A stretch of DNA of 62,605 bases, filler included, from Porpidia crustulata (Eukaryota), in the NCBI GenBank assembly GCA_964255105.1. It is 7 parts of 7 records of this genome, joined end to end, with 100 filler letters (N's around TTAATTAATTAA, not from the genome) between each part and the next. Parts side by side here need not be neighbours in the genome. Positions count along the whole stretch, not along the records: positions 44,826 to 53,666 come from CAXUWE010001040.1; positions 53,767 to 62,605 come from CAXUWE010001041.1; 5 more parts are not named here. One strand, given 5' to 3'. The translations under genes and the position numbers were made by a program. Below, piece after piece: positions 49,044 through 61,659 of this stretch. Below the pieces are notes generated by a model. The model saw nothing but the letters and a program-made list of their open reading frames with translations, was not told the origin of the DNA and did no database searches. Position 1 is the first letter of the stretch. Each line of letters opens with the position of its first letter.

Positions 49044-50025
49044 TCATAGGATGGACTATATCAAAGACATGCCTAGTGTTGGGTTGAATGCTTGTTTGGT
49101 GCGCAATCACCCCATATGAAACAACGATATTACGAGTAGACGAGAATTGAGGCCATGTGTCAGATGGAGAGCCTAGGAGACAGCACTGAAGTGGCTAAGG
49201 GAGCCAATCCACGCAGCTGCTATACCTAAGAACAGCGGGTCGTGAGGAGAAGACCAAACGACATTGTTTCATAGAGCGATGTCCAAATCAAAGTAGCGGT
49301 TTTAGTTCCCTTAATAATGCGACTTCATTGACTTGATGTACGCTAATTTATCTTCTTACCGTCAACCTGAATTCCCGAACCTGCTATTGCGCTTCCAGCT
49401 GGCAGCCAATTTTCTGGATTCTCGTTATAGATCGGGAATGGCGGAACCACCACCCAAAACGCGAGCAATGAGCCACCTAGGCCAACCCAAAGGGTGATGT
49501 AGATATTTTGTTGTATGAAGCCGAGGAAAAAGGCTAAGAGCTATATTTACACGTTTGTAAGAAGCTGCTTCTCGCATAGTACACGCCCAAATACCTACAC
49601 CTGTAACAACAAGGATGATGGTAGTGAATAGCTCTGCAAGCTTCTGACCCTCGAAGTCCTAGGTTTAAATATTAGTGGTGGATCAATAACATTGGAGGTA
49701 CAGGCATACAATTTGTCCCTCAAACAAGTCTTGGGCTTGCTTTAGGACTTGGTCCGCCATGTCTGCTTTCCGCCGATTTTCTTCTGTAAAGCTGGCCTAG
49801 AAATTGGGAACGGCCACGATCAGCGATTCGCGCCCTTGGCAGGTGAAGGCGACAAAATTCTGTCCCTCGCTCACTCGAGGCTCGCCCAGACGCTGCCGCT
49901 TTTAGCGAGCGCACCGGGTAAGCAGGGTGATGCGGCACCCGACCCTGGTGAAAGATCGCCCAGGTAGTACCTTTTATATTGAAACCAAAAAATATGGCCG
50001 CAGAATCCCTCTGTTGAACGATGTT

Positions 50026-52513
50026 CTACATATCTATTGACTTTCTGTTCCTTCCTTCCTTCTTCAAAGGAACTCGCCGTGATTGGTTCATAGTAAAATC
50101 TTCCGACTTCCCCTCCAAAAAATCTACAAAAGAATTTATCTTCTTCATATTTAGGTCACTTTTGGTCTGATACCAGATTTCCTCTGCTTCATTAGTGTTT
50201 TTAGACCGATATCTGACATGGACCCCAAGTCGCTTGCATGGGTCGCCCTGGGGTGCATTTTCTGCGCAAGTTTTTGGATGCTCGGCTCCCTCAAGCAACT
50301 CGCACTGAACCCACACATTATCAAGATCCGCGTGGCGTGGTACCAAAATACACAATGACCCTCGCAACGTGAGTCTCCCGTACTGGTCTTCTTTCCTCCT
50401 GCCACAATGGACCATACCTCCTTGGAGAAATCTTTCCCGGCGCTCAGCATTGGGACCCGATTGACGTGAAATGGGCTGATCACTATTGGTCCTGGTCGAG
50501 CTCATTTGCCTTAGATCTGACGATTGATCCAGACAGCTCTTGGCTTGTAACTCTCTCTCAATCTGTGTGTGCCAATCTCCTCCGTCTTGGGCATGGTGCA
50601 TATACACCGTTGGTCTAGAATCAACCACCTCGTTCGCAACTTTGAGAATGATCTTGTCAGAGAAGAAATGGATGGTCGGGCTCAACCCCGATTGCATTAT
50701 TCTTGCTTGTGCTTCTGGACGAATATACAATCGAAGAGGTCCTTTTTTCCATGGAACCCTAAAAACAGCATGGCCATTTGCATACATTTTCACTGTTCTC
50801 CCATCCCACAGCTCTTGTGCTTCTAATGTTGAAAAGTGCTTTTGAGCGACCTCGCGGTTGATTTGTGCTTGCACTCGTCGAAATTCGCCTTCATCGAAAA
50901 TTTTATTGCCACATTCCTTCTTGGATGCCTCTGGGTGATTGGCAGAGGTCATTGGGCGTTTCACAGGTTGGTTATTCGGCGTATCACGTTTCCTCTTCTT
51001 GTCAACTGTTTGTCGTTCCTTGAGATACTTCTCGATACGCGCAGTCCATGCATTTTTGGTCAGCTTTTCTCGACAAGCTTCGGCAGCCGACCTTTTTTCT
51101 CGAACTATTGTATTAAAATCACGTCCGAGATATTTCTTAGCCCAATTAAGGAAACCGAAATGATATTCAGTTTCGTCGAGGATTTTGCACTCTTTTCTTT
51201 CCAGGGCCATGTACCACTTTAGATCTGACACCGGAGCGCGATTGAATTGGTAGCTACCAATGATAGCCTTCTGCTCTTGCATAGTGGTTGGACGATATGG
51301 CTTCCCAAACAACCAAAGGATGAAGTTTGATCCGGCATCGATTTGGGCAGAGGATGATGTCCTCAAATCTTGGTTGTCCCACCAGACAGTTGAAGGATGT
51401 GGGATGTATGTATTGATACGGCGCAGATTCCCATTTTTGAAGACGAGGTCGAATTCCACGCCAGGTTCTTTAGTTCCATCGAGTGCTACTGCAACATTAC
51501 ATCTATAAAACTCTGAAGACGAGTCCAGCATTTTCTGGACGTGTTGCCGAGCGCAAGTACCGGCAATTAGAGCAAATCGAGAAGGCAATGTCTTGAAAAC
51601 AGAGGAGGATATGCTGCCATGTAAATTTTTCACAGCTTGCGGCCATGTGTTGAGCAAGTTCCTCGGCCGACACACGTCTCCTCCGCTCGCCAATGCCAGT
51701 CGTAACCGTAGCAGAAATCTGGGTCGTAGCCTTTGGCTGCTAGCGTTTGGATTGTGAAGGATCAGCATCAATTCCGCGTCCTCTCTTCCTGTACTCTTAC
51801 AACTTCAATTGTTAATTTATACGCATTTAAAATGATGAATATCAAGTATACTTTAGCTACATATAACCTTCTAAAGCGTAACCCAGATACGGTATACTAT
51901 ACTTAAGTTATCGCTATATAAACTAATTTCCCCAAATTTCTTCCGGGGGCCCCCGCCCCCCTATAACTTTAGAGACCCCCAGCTTAGAGTATAGATAACC
52001 CTTCATTGGAGTCATAGGGACCTATTAACAAGTCTCCTCTGTCTTCTCAGCGAAAGATAATAATTTTTAGGATAAGAAACAGCTGATTTAAGAGTTGTTA
52101 ACACAAACTGTTGCAATAAGCCTCATTCCAAGGCTTAGCTATAGCTTAGCAGAAGGCTATAGTAGGGCTTAGCAAAGGCTATGGCAGGAGTTTTGGATAT
52201 ATAAAAAGGGGCTCTCACCTCCTAATAGTTAGTATCAACAGCTTCAATAGCATCGACAGCTTCAGTTACAACAAGCCTCAACTTAACAAGCTTTTCCTAA
52301 CTCCTAATTGGTCGATTTAAATACTTCACTTTCGCTACCCTACCTTATTTTATAAGATACCCCTTACCTTTTCACACGAACTGTGTCAAGGTGGAAATTC
52401 GCTGTTTTTCTCTGACCGTATGCACCATGGGGCAGTTTGCACTGCAGCAGTTTCCGGAAAGCCGGAGCCCTGGGGGAAAGGGGGTAACAGAATAATTGGC
52501 TGGTGAGCCACAT
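50026..52513 (-). CDS. Uncharacterised protein (about 619 aa, two exons)
   Basis: Exon 1 52513-52368 (MWLTSQLF...DTVRVK) ends at AAAAG|GTAAG in phase 2 and joins in frame at the TAG acceptor (51740) to the long 51739-50026 ORF. No family recognised. Confidence 0.65.
51796..52367. mobile_element. Degenerate AT/TpA-rich insertion bounded by CTTAC direct repeats
   Basis: CTTAC at 51796-51800 and 52363-52367 marks both edges of an abrupt AT-rich island. An internal LTR-like piece (TGTTG...TATATAAAA...CAACA) spans about 52109-52273. Confidence 0.6.
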
Positions 52514-52783
52514 TTTCTCCCTCGCTCTAGCTGAGCACCGAAAACTCCAACGCACTCCGCTGTTTTATCATATCGGATCGAAACATCAGGAATTTACCAG
52601 CCTTTGGGATTTGACGTATCACTTAGCTGCCTATTCGCAGTAATTTTGTGTCATCCTTGATATCCTCACTAGCCAACTATTTTGTAGAGCGTAAGGAGGG
52701 CCGGAAACCGCGCGGGTATGGATTGTTTAGATTACTATTTATTAGAAGATATAGTTCAGTATAACATAAATATTGATAGTCAT

Positions 52784-52905
52784 GGACTGGTAGCTCAGTG
52801 GTTAGGTATGTGCATTATCTTCTTGGCCCTTAGTCCTGGACTAACAATCTCTAGAGTGTAGGATTGCAGATCCCAAGGTCGCCCGTTCGATCCGGGCTCA
52901 GTCCT
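52784..52905 (+). tRNA. tRNA-Cys(GCA) with a 49-nt spliceosomal-type intron (52806-52854) in the D-arm
   Basis: Removing the intron gives a 73-nt cloverleaf: acceptor GGACTGG/TCAGTCC, D-stem GCTC/GAGT, anticodon arm TAGGA-TTGCAGA-TCCCA (GCA at 52866-52868), T-arm GCCCG-TTCGATC-CGGGC and discriminator T. A-box and B-box are intact. Confidence 0.88.
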
Positions 52906-52910
52906 TTAAC

Positions 52911-52929
52911 TTTTGTCTTTTGGCCTTTT
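52911..52929 (+). terminator. Pol III terminator-like T runs after the tRNA
   Basis: TTTTGTCTTTTGGCCTTTT begins 6 nt after the discriminator. Confidence 0.6.
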
Positions 52930-53666
52930 GCTCCCACCCTTCCAAGAGAGGGTTTCAAGACCGCTCCACATAACAGACATCTAAACTGAAGTTTAGTCTA
53001 GACTTTTGAAACAGACGTAACTGCAGGTGGGCTCTTCCCAACTGTCCCTACGCGAGATACCAGGGTATTTTTCCCCGTACATTACATGCAACCTCCCGCC
53101 CACTATTCTACCCTGAAGCCAAATTTCTAAACCCATATACACTCCACCGCCATCGGGCCCGTAACATCAGACCGCCAATTTTCCCCGCCCTCATCGCCTG
53201 GCAGTACATCATAATCGTTTCACGTCCACCAACCCCCTCCATCGCCGTAATACCCATACTGTCCTTTCCTCCCCAGTCTTCCCCGTCCTCCGCGTCGTCA
53301 TCAGGTCATTGCTTATCATCCCTGACAACTACATGCGTATCGCCCATACTCCAACCCTTATCCCCTTCGATCCACATCACGCTCTCCGCCCAGCTCTCTG
53401 TCGTCTCACGTTATTGCTAGTAGAGTCCCTGTATGCCGCGAATTATATCTACCATATCCCGCCATTTTAACACGTTGAGATAGGACCCGCCTACTATAGC
53501 GAATTCAGCGCGGATGCGTTTTTCGAGTGCTGCCTATGAAGGTGAGATACGTTTGGCTAAGAGAGAGAGTTTTGTTAGAGGAGGGTGTGATCGGATTGGA
53601 TGGATGACGAGGGCATTCCGGGGTTATTACTGAGCGAAGGACAGAGCGCCGAATAAGGTGGAGAGA

Positions 53667-53766
53667 NNNNNNNNNNNNNNNNNNNNNNNNNNNNNNNNNN
53701 NNNNNNNNNNTTAATTAATTAANNNNNNNNNNNNNNNNNNNNNNNNNNNNNNNNNNNNNNNNNNNN
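53667..53766. other. Artificial contig linker
   Basis: N44-TTAATTAATTAA-N44. Confidence 0.98.
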
Positions 53767-54004
53767 TGCAACGACAGCGCTATCTAACTTATGTCCATTT
53801 ATAGTGGCCAACATCATTTGAATTACCTTAGAGGACGTGAAGGGTCTCTTAGGGGACACCTCGAAAGCATTTGCAAGAACGCGCTAGTACTTATGGATAG
53901 ACGCAATACCCTACTAGTAGGGCACAGGGGTACGTTAGATCTTCAATTAGCTTGGTATTTTAATAGATAACACCATCCACATCCACTTCTACGATTATCT
54001 TCCA

Positions 54005-54623
54005 ATGGCGACTACTGAAAAATATGTTAAGCTCGCGCAGACACTACCTCCAACACTGCTTCGGTTCTTCGCCCGATATCCTCCACCTCTGAGGTCTAGA
54101 TCGAGCAGCAATGTCTCCACGGCGCCTGCAAGCTCACCATTAAGCATATCATCTTCTGATAGTAGCGCAGCTCATAACGAAATCTCCGTACAACTTCCAG
54201 AGGCACCCTCTAAGCCTTCAAACCCTTTTCAATCACAGAAACATCCAGTCACAGGTAAATGGCACGAGCCGATCTACTCGTTGAGGCGCCAGGCCGACCT
54301 AGTGAAATTGGCCCGGGCAAATGGCGTGGAGGAGCTTTTACCCTTTACTGTCAAGGGCACTCAAGAGCGTATACGGAAGAGAGCAGAACATGGACTACGA
54401 GTCAAGGGTACTGGAGTTGGTCAAAGGGTCAAGGGCAAGGAATGGGAAAGAACTATGAAGGGGAGACTTGACCGGAGAAAGCAAGCTATGCTGGAAATGC
54501 CGAGTATGATACAAAAATGGAAGCAGGTAAGCTCATGCATACACTCAATGTCACTTCGTGTGGACCTAAATTGTCATTCTGCAGATGGGACACGGCCGGG
54601 GGTGGAAGAAATGGCCAAAATGA
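54005..54623 (+). CDS. MRPL25: Mitochondrial large ribosomal subunit protein mL59
   Basis: LPPTLLRFFARYPP, NPFQSQKHPVTGKWHEPIYSLRRQADLVKLA and VKGKEWER. Intron 54527-54584, then MGHGRGWKKWPK*. Confidence 0.92.
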
Positions 54624-55317
54624 TGAACATGCACAACAGTGTATTTTTGTTGATGGGTAGATCTGGGGTGGTAAAAAATAATACCCGTGGGCACAACGAC
54701 CTTGGCGCTCATATCTCGGAGAAGGTATAGCAGCAATACCGCCGTTGAGGTCGCCAAGGGTCGTGAAGCTCGCCGTAAAGTGAGTATGTAATACGTAAGT
54801 TAAGGTATCTCAAAGGGGATCCATATTTCTTGTCAATCATCAACGTTGTACCACAGATACAATGGATCCAGCACTTGAATCTTGAATGTACCGGCTTTTC
54901 TATGGCATCTCACCTATAGATTGAAAATGGATGCCTCAAACTTTGCGATAATGTAGTCTTGCAAGAACTAGCTATGGGGCGTAGGACAGCCAGCATTTCG
55001 ACGAACAAGGAACGTAATGCTGGGAGGACTGACTTGCTTAAAGAAAGGAACGATTTGGAACTTTTGACGGATAGAGATCGAGTTCCAACGCTAAGGCGCG
55101 TGGGCGCCTAGGCCATGGGGCTAAGAGGGCCTTCCAAGGTCCTCAAAGCACTTGAGCTAGGTAGGCAAGCTAGAGCAAGCGCCAGGCGTTTGTGACCTAA
55201 CGACTTTCTAGAATAGGTAGGTAGGTACCTACCTATTACAGTCGGTACGCATGTAGCAAAGGTGCACGCTCATTGATCTCCACAGTCATCTGCACAATTC
55301 TTTTTAGAAAGCGGTAA

Positions 55318-58300
55318 ATGATTCATATAATCCCATGGAGAAGCCGACTTGCAACTAGTGTAGTCAAGCCGTCATCCAATCCCCTCACCCTACAAAGGGC
55401 GACTTCCTCCTCGATTTCCCTAAGGACTTCGAAATACTTTCACTCCAACACACGACCTCATCCGCTGAAATCGAACAGATTGTTCCGACCGCAAAAAATT
55501 CCGGTTCTTCAGAGCAAGAGACACTGCTCCCATCGTCGAACAATGTGCAAAGCAAATGCGGACTCTGAAGTCGGAAGCATGGACGTAGCAAAAGGTCGGG
55601 AGGTCCTTCCCACCAACGTAAGGCCGGTACATTATGGTTTAACCCTAGAGCCGGACTTCGACAAGTTCAGCTATGAAGGAACCGTGGTCATGGAGTACGT
55701 ACGGTCGGATGCTATCTGGGCCTCGATGCTCCTTCAAAGATATACTTTCGCAAAACTATTTACTAATTAATCGCTTACAGTCTTGAAGTCCAAAGAGAGA
55801 CAAATTCTATATCTCTCAATACTCTTGAACTTGATATACATTCAACCACCATCCTTGCAAATGGCAGCGAGATTACATCATCACCAAAGACGACTTATGA
55901 TGAAGGAACCCAAGTTACTACTGTCGCTTTTGACAAGCCCGTAACAGTAGGAGAGAAAATACAACTCATCCAAACATTTACTGGCTATCTTAACGATAAG
56001 ATGGCTGGGTTTTACAGGTCGTCGTACAAAGACCGAGATGGAAGTACGAAATATCTTGCAACAACCCAGATGGAACCAACAGACGCACGAAGAGCATTTC
56101 CTTGTTTCGATGAGCCAGCGCTCAAGGCTCAATACACAATAACCCTCGTGGCAGATAAGCACCATACTTGTCTGAGCAATATGGATGAAGCATCCGAGAG
56201 GGAGGTTGATTCAAAGATTACGGGTGGCAAGCGAAAAGCTGTAACATTTAATAAGACCCCATTAATGTCTACATATCTGCTAGCTTTCATCGTTGGTGAG
56301 TTAAATTGCGTGGAAACGAATGATTTTCGCGTTCCTGTCAGAGTATTTGCCACGCCGGACAAGGACATCGAGCATGGTCGTTTCTCGCTCGATCTTGCCG
56401 CTAAAACCCTAGATTTCTATGAGAAAACCTTCGATAGCAAATTTCCCCTTCCTAAGATGGATATGGTAGCTATACCTGATTTCAGTGCCGGAGCTATGGA
56501 GAATTGGGGTCTTATCACCTATCGAGTAGTAGATGTGCTATATGATGAGAAGACAAGTGGTGCCTCCACCAAACAGAGAATTGCGGAAGTTGTCCAACAC
56601 GAACTAGCTCATCAATGGTTTGGAAACCTTGTTACGATGGACTTCTGGGATGGGCTTTGGCTCAACGAAGGCTTTGCAACATGGATGTCTTGGTACTCCT
56701 GTGATAAGTTCTATCCTGAGTGGCATGTCTGGCAGAGCTACGTCACAGATACGCTCCAGGGTGCACTGTCCCTTGACTCTTTGCGTAGTAGTCATCCAAT
56801 CGAAGTTCCTGTGAAGAGGGCAGACGAAATCAATCAGATATTCGACGCCATCTCATATTCAAAAGGCTCTTGCGTGCTGAGGATGATTTCCAAGTATCTT
56901 GGGGAGCAGACCTTCATGGAGGGCATTCGGCAATATCTTAAGAAACATGCTTATGGCAATACGCAGACGAGGGATCTGTGGGCTGCGTTGAGCGATGCGA
57001 GTGGTAAGCCGGTGGAAGAGGTCATGGATATCTGGACCAAAAATGTGGGATATCCGGTCATTTCGGTCACCGAAGACGAACCCTCGCAAAGCATCCACGT
57101 GAAACAGAATCGCTTCCTCCGGACTGGAGATGTAAAGCCGGAAGAGGATAGAACACTCTTTCCGGTCTTTCTAGGTCTTCGAACCAAAGATGGAGTCGAT
57201 GAAACCCTCACTCTGTCAGAGCGTGATCATAGCTTCAAGGTCCTCAGTCTTGATTTCTTTAAGCTGAACGCCGACCATTCCGGTATATATCGCACATCAT
57301 ACACTGCAGCGCGGCTAGCGAAACTTGGTCAAGCTGCCAAGGATGGCCTTTTGACTGTCGAGGATCGCGCAGGTATGATTGCTGACGCAGGTGCATTGGC
57401 TTCATCTGGATATCAAAAGACATCCGGTATCCTCTCACTGCTGAAGAATTTCGACGGGGAGACTGAATTCGTAGTTTGGAGTGAACTTCTGAGTCGGATT
57501 TCTTCTATCCGTGTGGCTTGGGTTTTCGAAGATGAAAAGGTTTGTCATCGAGAGCTCTACATCTGATCCTTAGTAGCGATGCATCATCTTTGACGACCAC
57601 TGCTGATCCCGTCATATAGGTCCGTGAGGCCCTGAAATCCTTCCAGCGGGGGCTGGTCAGCCCCCAGGCTCATGAAAAAGGCTGGTCCTTCAGCAACAAC
57701 GAGGATCACATCCTTGCGCAATTCAAAGCCCTCCTTTTCAGTAGCGCTGGCTCAGCTGGCGATCCCAAGATTATTGAGGCTGCTCAGACAATGTTCCGCG
57801 ATTTCAGTGCAGGCAATAGAAAGGCTATACATCCGAACATCCGCGGCAGTGTCTATTCCATCGTTCTCCAGAACGGTGGTGAGAAAGAGTACGACATTAT
57901 CCTCAACGAATACCGCACAGCCACAGATGGTGACGAGCGTAATACTGCACTGCGGAGCCTTGGACGTGCCAAGGGTGAGAAGCTTATCAATCGCACGCTG
58001 ACACTTCCATTGAGCGAAGAGGTGAAGGGTCAAGATGTTTACATCCCAATCGCAGGTATGCGGAATGATGCCGAAGGCATTCGCGCGTTATGGGGCTGGA
58101 TGCAAGCAAATTGGGACGGTTTACAAAAGAAGTGTCCGCCAGGCTTGACGATGCTGGGTAGTATCGTACAGATTTGTACCTCTGGTTTCACAACCCAGGA
58201 GCAGCTGAAGGATGTCAGGACATTCTTTGACGGTAAGAGTACGAAGGGGTTTGATCGCGCTTTGGAACAAAGCTCGGATTCAATAAGGGCCAAGGCAAGC

Positions 58301-58384
58301 TGGTTAGCCCGAGATCGGGGAGATGTGGAGGCATGGCTAGGAGAGCATAAGTACTTGGAGAAAGCAGCTGAGGGTAAGCTTTGA
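55318..58384 (+). CDS. APE2: M1-family aminopeptidase 2
   Basis: TQMEPTDARRAFPCFDEP, GAMENWGL, HELAHQWFGNLVTMDFWDGLWLNEG (HExxH...E) and an ERAP1-like C-terminus. Two introns (near 55695-55780 and 57540-57619). Confidence 0.95.
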
Positions 58385-58829
58385 AGCGCGATTTCCAACA
58401 AGAAGAAGCGAGTGATAGGTAGGTTATCATACTATAGTAAATATTAAAGCTCTGTCAAGCTACTTCTATCCCTGTTCACAAGCTGAGCTTCTGACTAGCA
58501 AGTACCTTCTCAAACCCCTATTTTTCCCATCTTGACCGCTTTCAACACCACTTATTGCCAATGGTGGTGTGATCCCAGAGCAAAGCTTGTGAGACATGGA
58601 TAAACCTAGTTCAGCCCTATCCCTTTTCGGCCTCGGCCAGTTCGGCAGCCTTGTGGGGCGTCGGGAGCCGTTTCACATGTTCGCTCCCATCATAATTCCT
58701 CAACGCTTCTCTATTTCTATCTACATCATAACCTCTAATCCGAATTGAAACTTAAGAGGGGGCTGGGACATCATGTATCAGTAGTCCAGAAAGTTATGAA
58801 GCCGAGGCAGTGCGATCCGCCATTTCGAT

Positions 58830-61659
58830 ATGTTCACGAATGGGGCGAATTCCATGTCGAAACTCCCCAAAGCCGTGGACAAGGAAAATGAACTGCCCAC
58901 ACAGGACCGAAGACTTTCACGCTCACCACATCCATACCACAAGGATAGGAAGTTTCTCTCCAGTCTCACCCCAATACATGCTATAGCAACTAGCAAAACG
59001 GATGCTCGCGAACACGGGCGGGCACCCAACAGCTCGAGTGGGGACAGGTCCAATAGACCCTCTTATTTCGACGCGGATGCTCGAACGAGGAGGAAAGCAA
59101 CCACATCTCCAAGCGACAGCGGCACGGAAGCCGATGATGAGAGTGGTGGTGTTCTAAGACTTTTACCAGCGCCGCCCATCAACCAACGGAAGGGTCTTAA
59201 GGCCCCTAGCGGTTCCTCAAGCCCGCTACTCACACCATCATATCTTGATGATGAGAACCGACAACTCGTGGTAGAAAGCCAATTGCGGCGTCGGAAAGGT
59301 TTGCAAAACCCGCCCATCACTGACGAGGAGACCTTGAAGATCAGAGAGAAGTTCACTAGAAGGCGGCGAGCAGAATTAGTAAGGAGAATTACAGAAACGC
59401 TTTTGTTGGGCGGCCTTGGGTGTATCACTTGTGGAAGTATCCCAAGTTTGCTACTGCGTACGTGGGCCAAAGGTATTTCTTTCGATTGCCTAGCAGAGAG
59501 ACCAAATTGATATATCAGCTGTAGAACTCTTTACTCTTGGCTTTGTCATATCTTGTATATACCTCGCATACCCATTAAGACTCCTCTACCATAATCGAGC
59601 TCAATCCATCGATGGAGACAAAATTCAACGCAGCATCCGCATACCAGCAGCATTTGACCCTGCTCCTTTACTTTACCCTGTTTTTGTTCCAGTCCTCGTG
59701 GCAATGTCGCTGTTGACCACCAGCCCCCGGTTAATGCTCCCTAATATCATCTTGGGCATTTCTTCGATACCACGTCGGACTATACCAATTTTTGAGAGTC
59801 CTCCCGGATACAGCTCGATACAATGGCTACTCTCCGCACTCCCACTCGCTTTGCCTCAGGAAAGAAGCTCTCTGTCCTTTGAGACGCCGATCGATTTGGA
59901 GAATCTCATACTACTGTATCCTCTACACCAAGCTTTAATGCCTTCCCTAGGATACCTGACGACGACGAGTCTGTTACCAACTGAATTGCAGCTCCTATCC
60001 GTCTCCATGATCAATGTGTTACTTTTAGCAACTTCGCCACAGGCCGTCATATTGAAAGCGCTCTTGTGGATCGGGGGCCTGTCGATTTTCATATTGTGTG
60101 GAGCAGTACTCAAGTGGGAGGTTGCCTTAGCACGTGTACCAAGTTGGCGCTTCCGTCATTCCGGTCGCCGGTCACGTAGAGGTTTTGTTCTTCTTACTGC
60201 TCTGGACGACTACTTTAAAGGACATCTGCATAACTGGGGCCTGGTACCAAGCCCAGAAGAAGCCTCAGACAGCGACGAACCTACTGTTACCACAGCATAT
60301 ACCAGCCGCAATAACAGACATAGCAAGCTCAAGCTTACCACAACTAGAGGACAAGTTGCTGACCCAAGTGACCGATTACTAAGTCATTTCTCAACGGTAG
60401 ATTGTAACGCGCCCCTTGCAATTACCAATATCACAATGAAAACGGAAAGTATTCAAGCCAGCTTTAAGCCCCATAGAAGAAATACCCTGCCATCATACGT
60501 GGGAATGCTTCCAGCAAGTCCTTCCGAAGGATTTTGGCAAAAGTCTCCTGCCACGAAGTTCCTGTCCACCAAACCCAAATCATTCTTATCCCTGACCAAG
60601 GCCCAGGCGACAGTTATGAAATGGTCCAACGCCTGTTATGTCTACACTGTGGTCTTCATCACCATTATTACAAGTATAAGAATCTATGTGGGCCGTCAGG
60701 CTTTATCTGGTCAGGAGCCTGTAGGCTGGGCCCTTGGCTATCTATTTGGTGAAATTCCACTGTTCCGAAATTATACTGTCAGCTCCGGTCTTGACAATTG
60801 GGTCTGTCTACCACCTGGCCTGGGTGATCCTCAAATTTTCGAACCCTTAGGTATGGCAGACAAAATCCGGCTGCTTCATTTAGGTGCTGCAAATCTTCGA
60901 CTCCTGATCTGTGCATACTACGTTGGCGTGATTGCCTTTGGTCTTGCAGTTGTATTCCGGCTCAGTGCCGCTGTCGAAATTGACACACGCCGGAAGATGT
61001 TTCACGCCACCATGGTGGCGATGTTGCTTCCAACCATATTCATTGATCCTACTTTTGCAAGCCTTGCGCTAATCCTAGTCCTCGCAATTTTTCTATTACT
61101 GGACATTTTTCGAGCATCTCAATTGCCCCCAGTCTCGAAACCCCTAACAAAGTTCCTTGCTCCTTATGTCGATGGGCGAGACCATCGCGGTCCTGTCATT
61201 GTATCTCACATCTTTCTACTGATAGGATGTGCTATACCGCTATGGCTCTCCCTCGCAGCTATTGAGCGCACGGGAAGACCTCCCTGGAAAGGCTGGGATG
61301 TTTCAAGCCGTGATCTCAGTATGATCAGTGGGATAGTCTGCGTCGGTATGGGAGATGCCGCGGCTTCCCTGATCGGCCGACGATATGGGCGCCGAAGGTG
61401 GTGCTGGAGCGGAGGTAAGAGCTTCGAAGGCAGTCTGGCATTTGCCGTCGCCGTGGTTTTGGGGCTAGTTATGGCAAGACTGTGGCTCCTGCTCGGCGGC
61501 TGGATCGGCGATAGTGGCGACCCTTGGGCTCTGACACTGGGTAAAGCAGCAGTTGCTGCCACTGGTGCTAGCCTCACTGAAGCGGTACTCACTGGTGGAA
61601 ACGACAACGTCATCGTGCCTGTAATTCTGTGGCTTCTTGTCAGGGGATTGAAAATGTGA
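58830..61659 (+). CDS. SEC59: Dolichol kinase
   Basis: DTRRKMFH, DGRDHRGPVIVSHIFLLIGCAIPLWL, CVGMGDAAASLIGRRYG, GKSFEGS and GGNDN. Intron near 59473-59524. Confidence 0.92.

Noticed and set aside
55212..55237. AATAGGTAGGTA-GG-TACCTACCTATT palindrome upstream of APE2
   Set aside because: Inverted (TAGG)n microsatellite, common in fungal intergenic DNA, with no further support.
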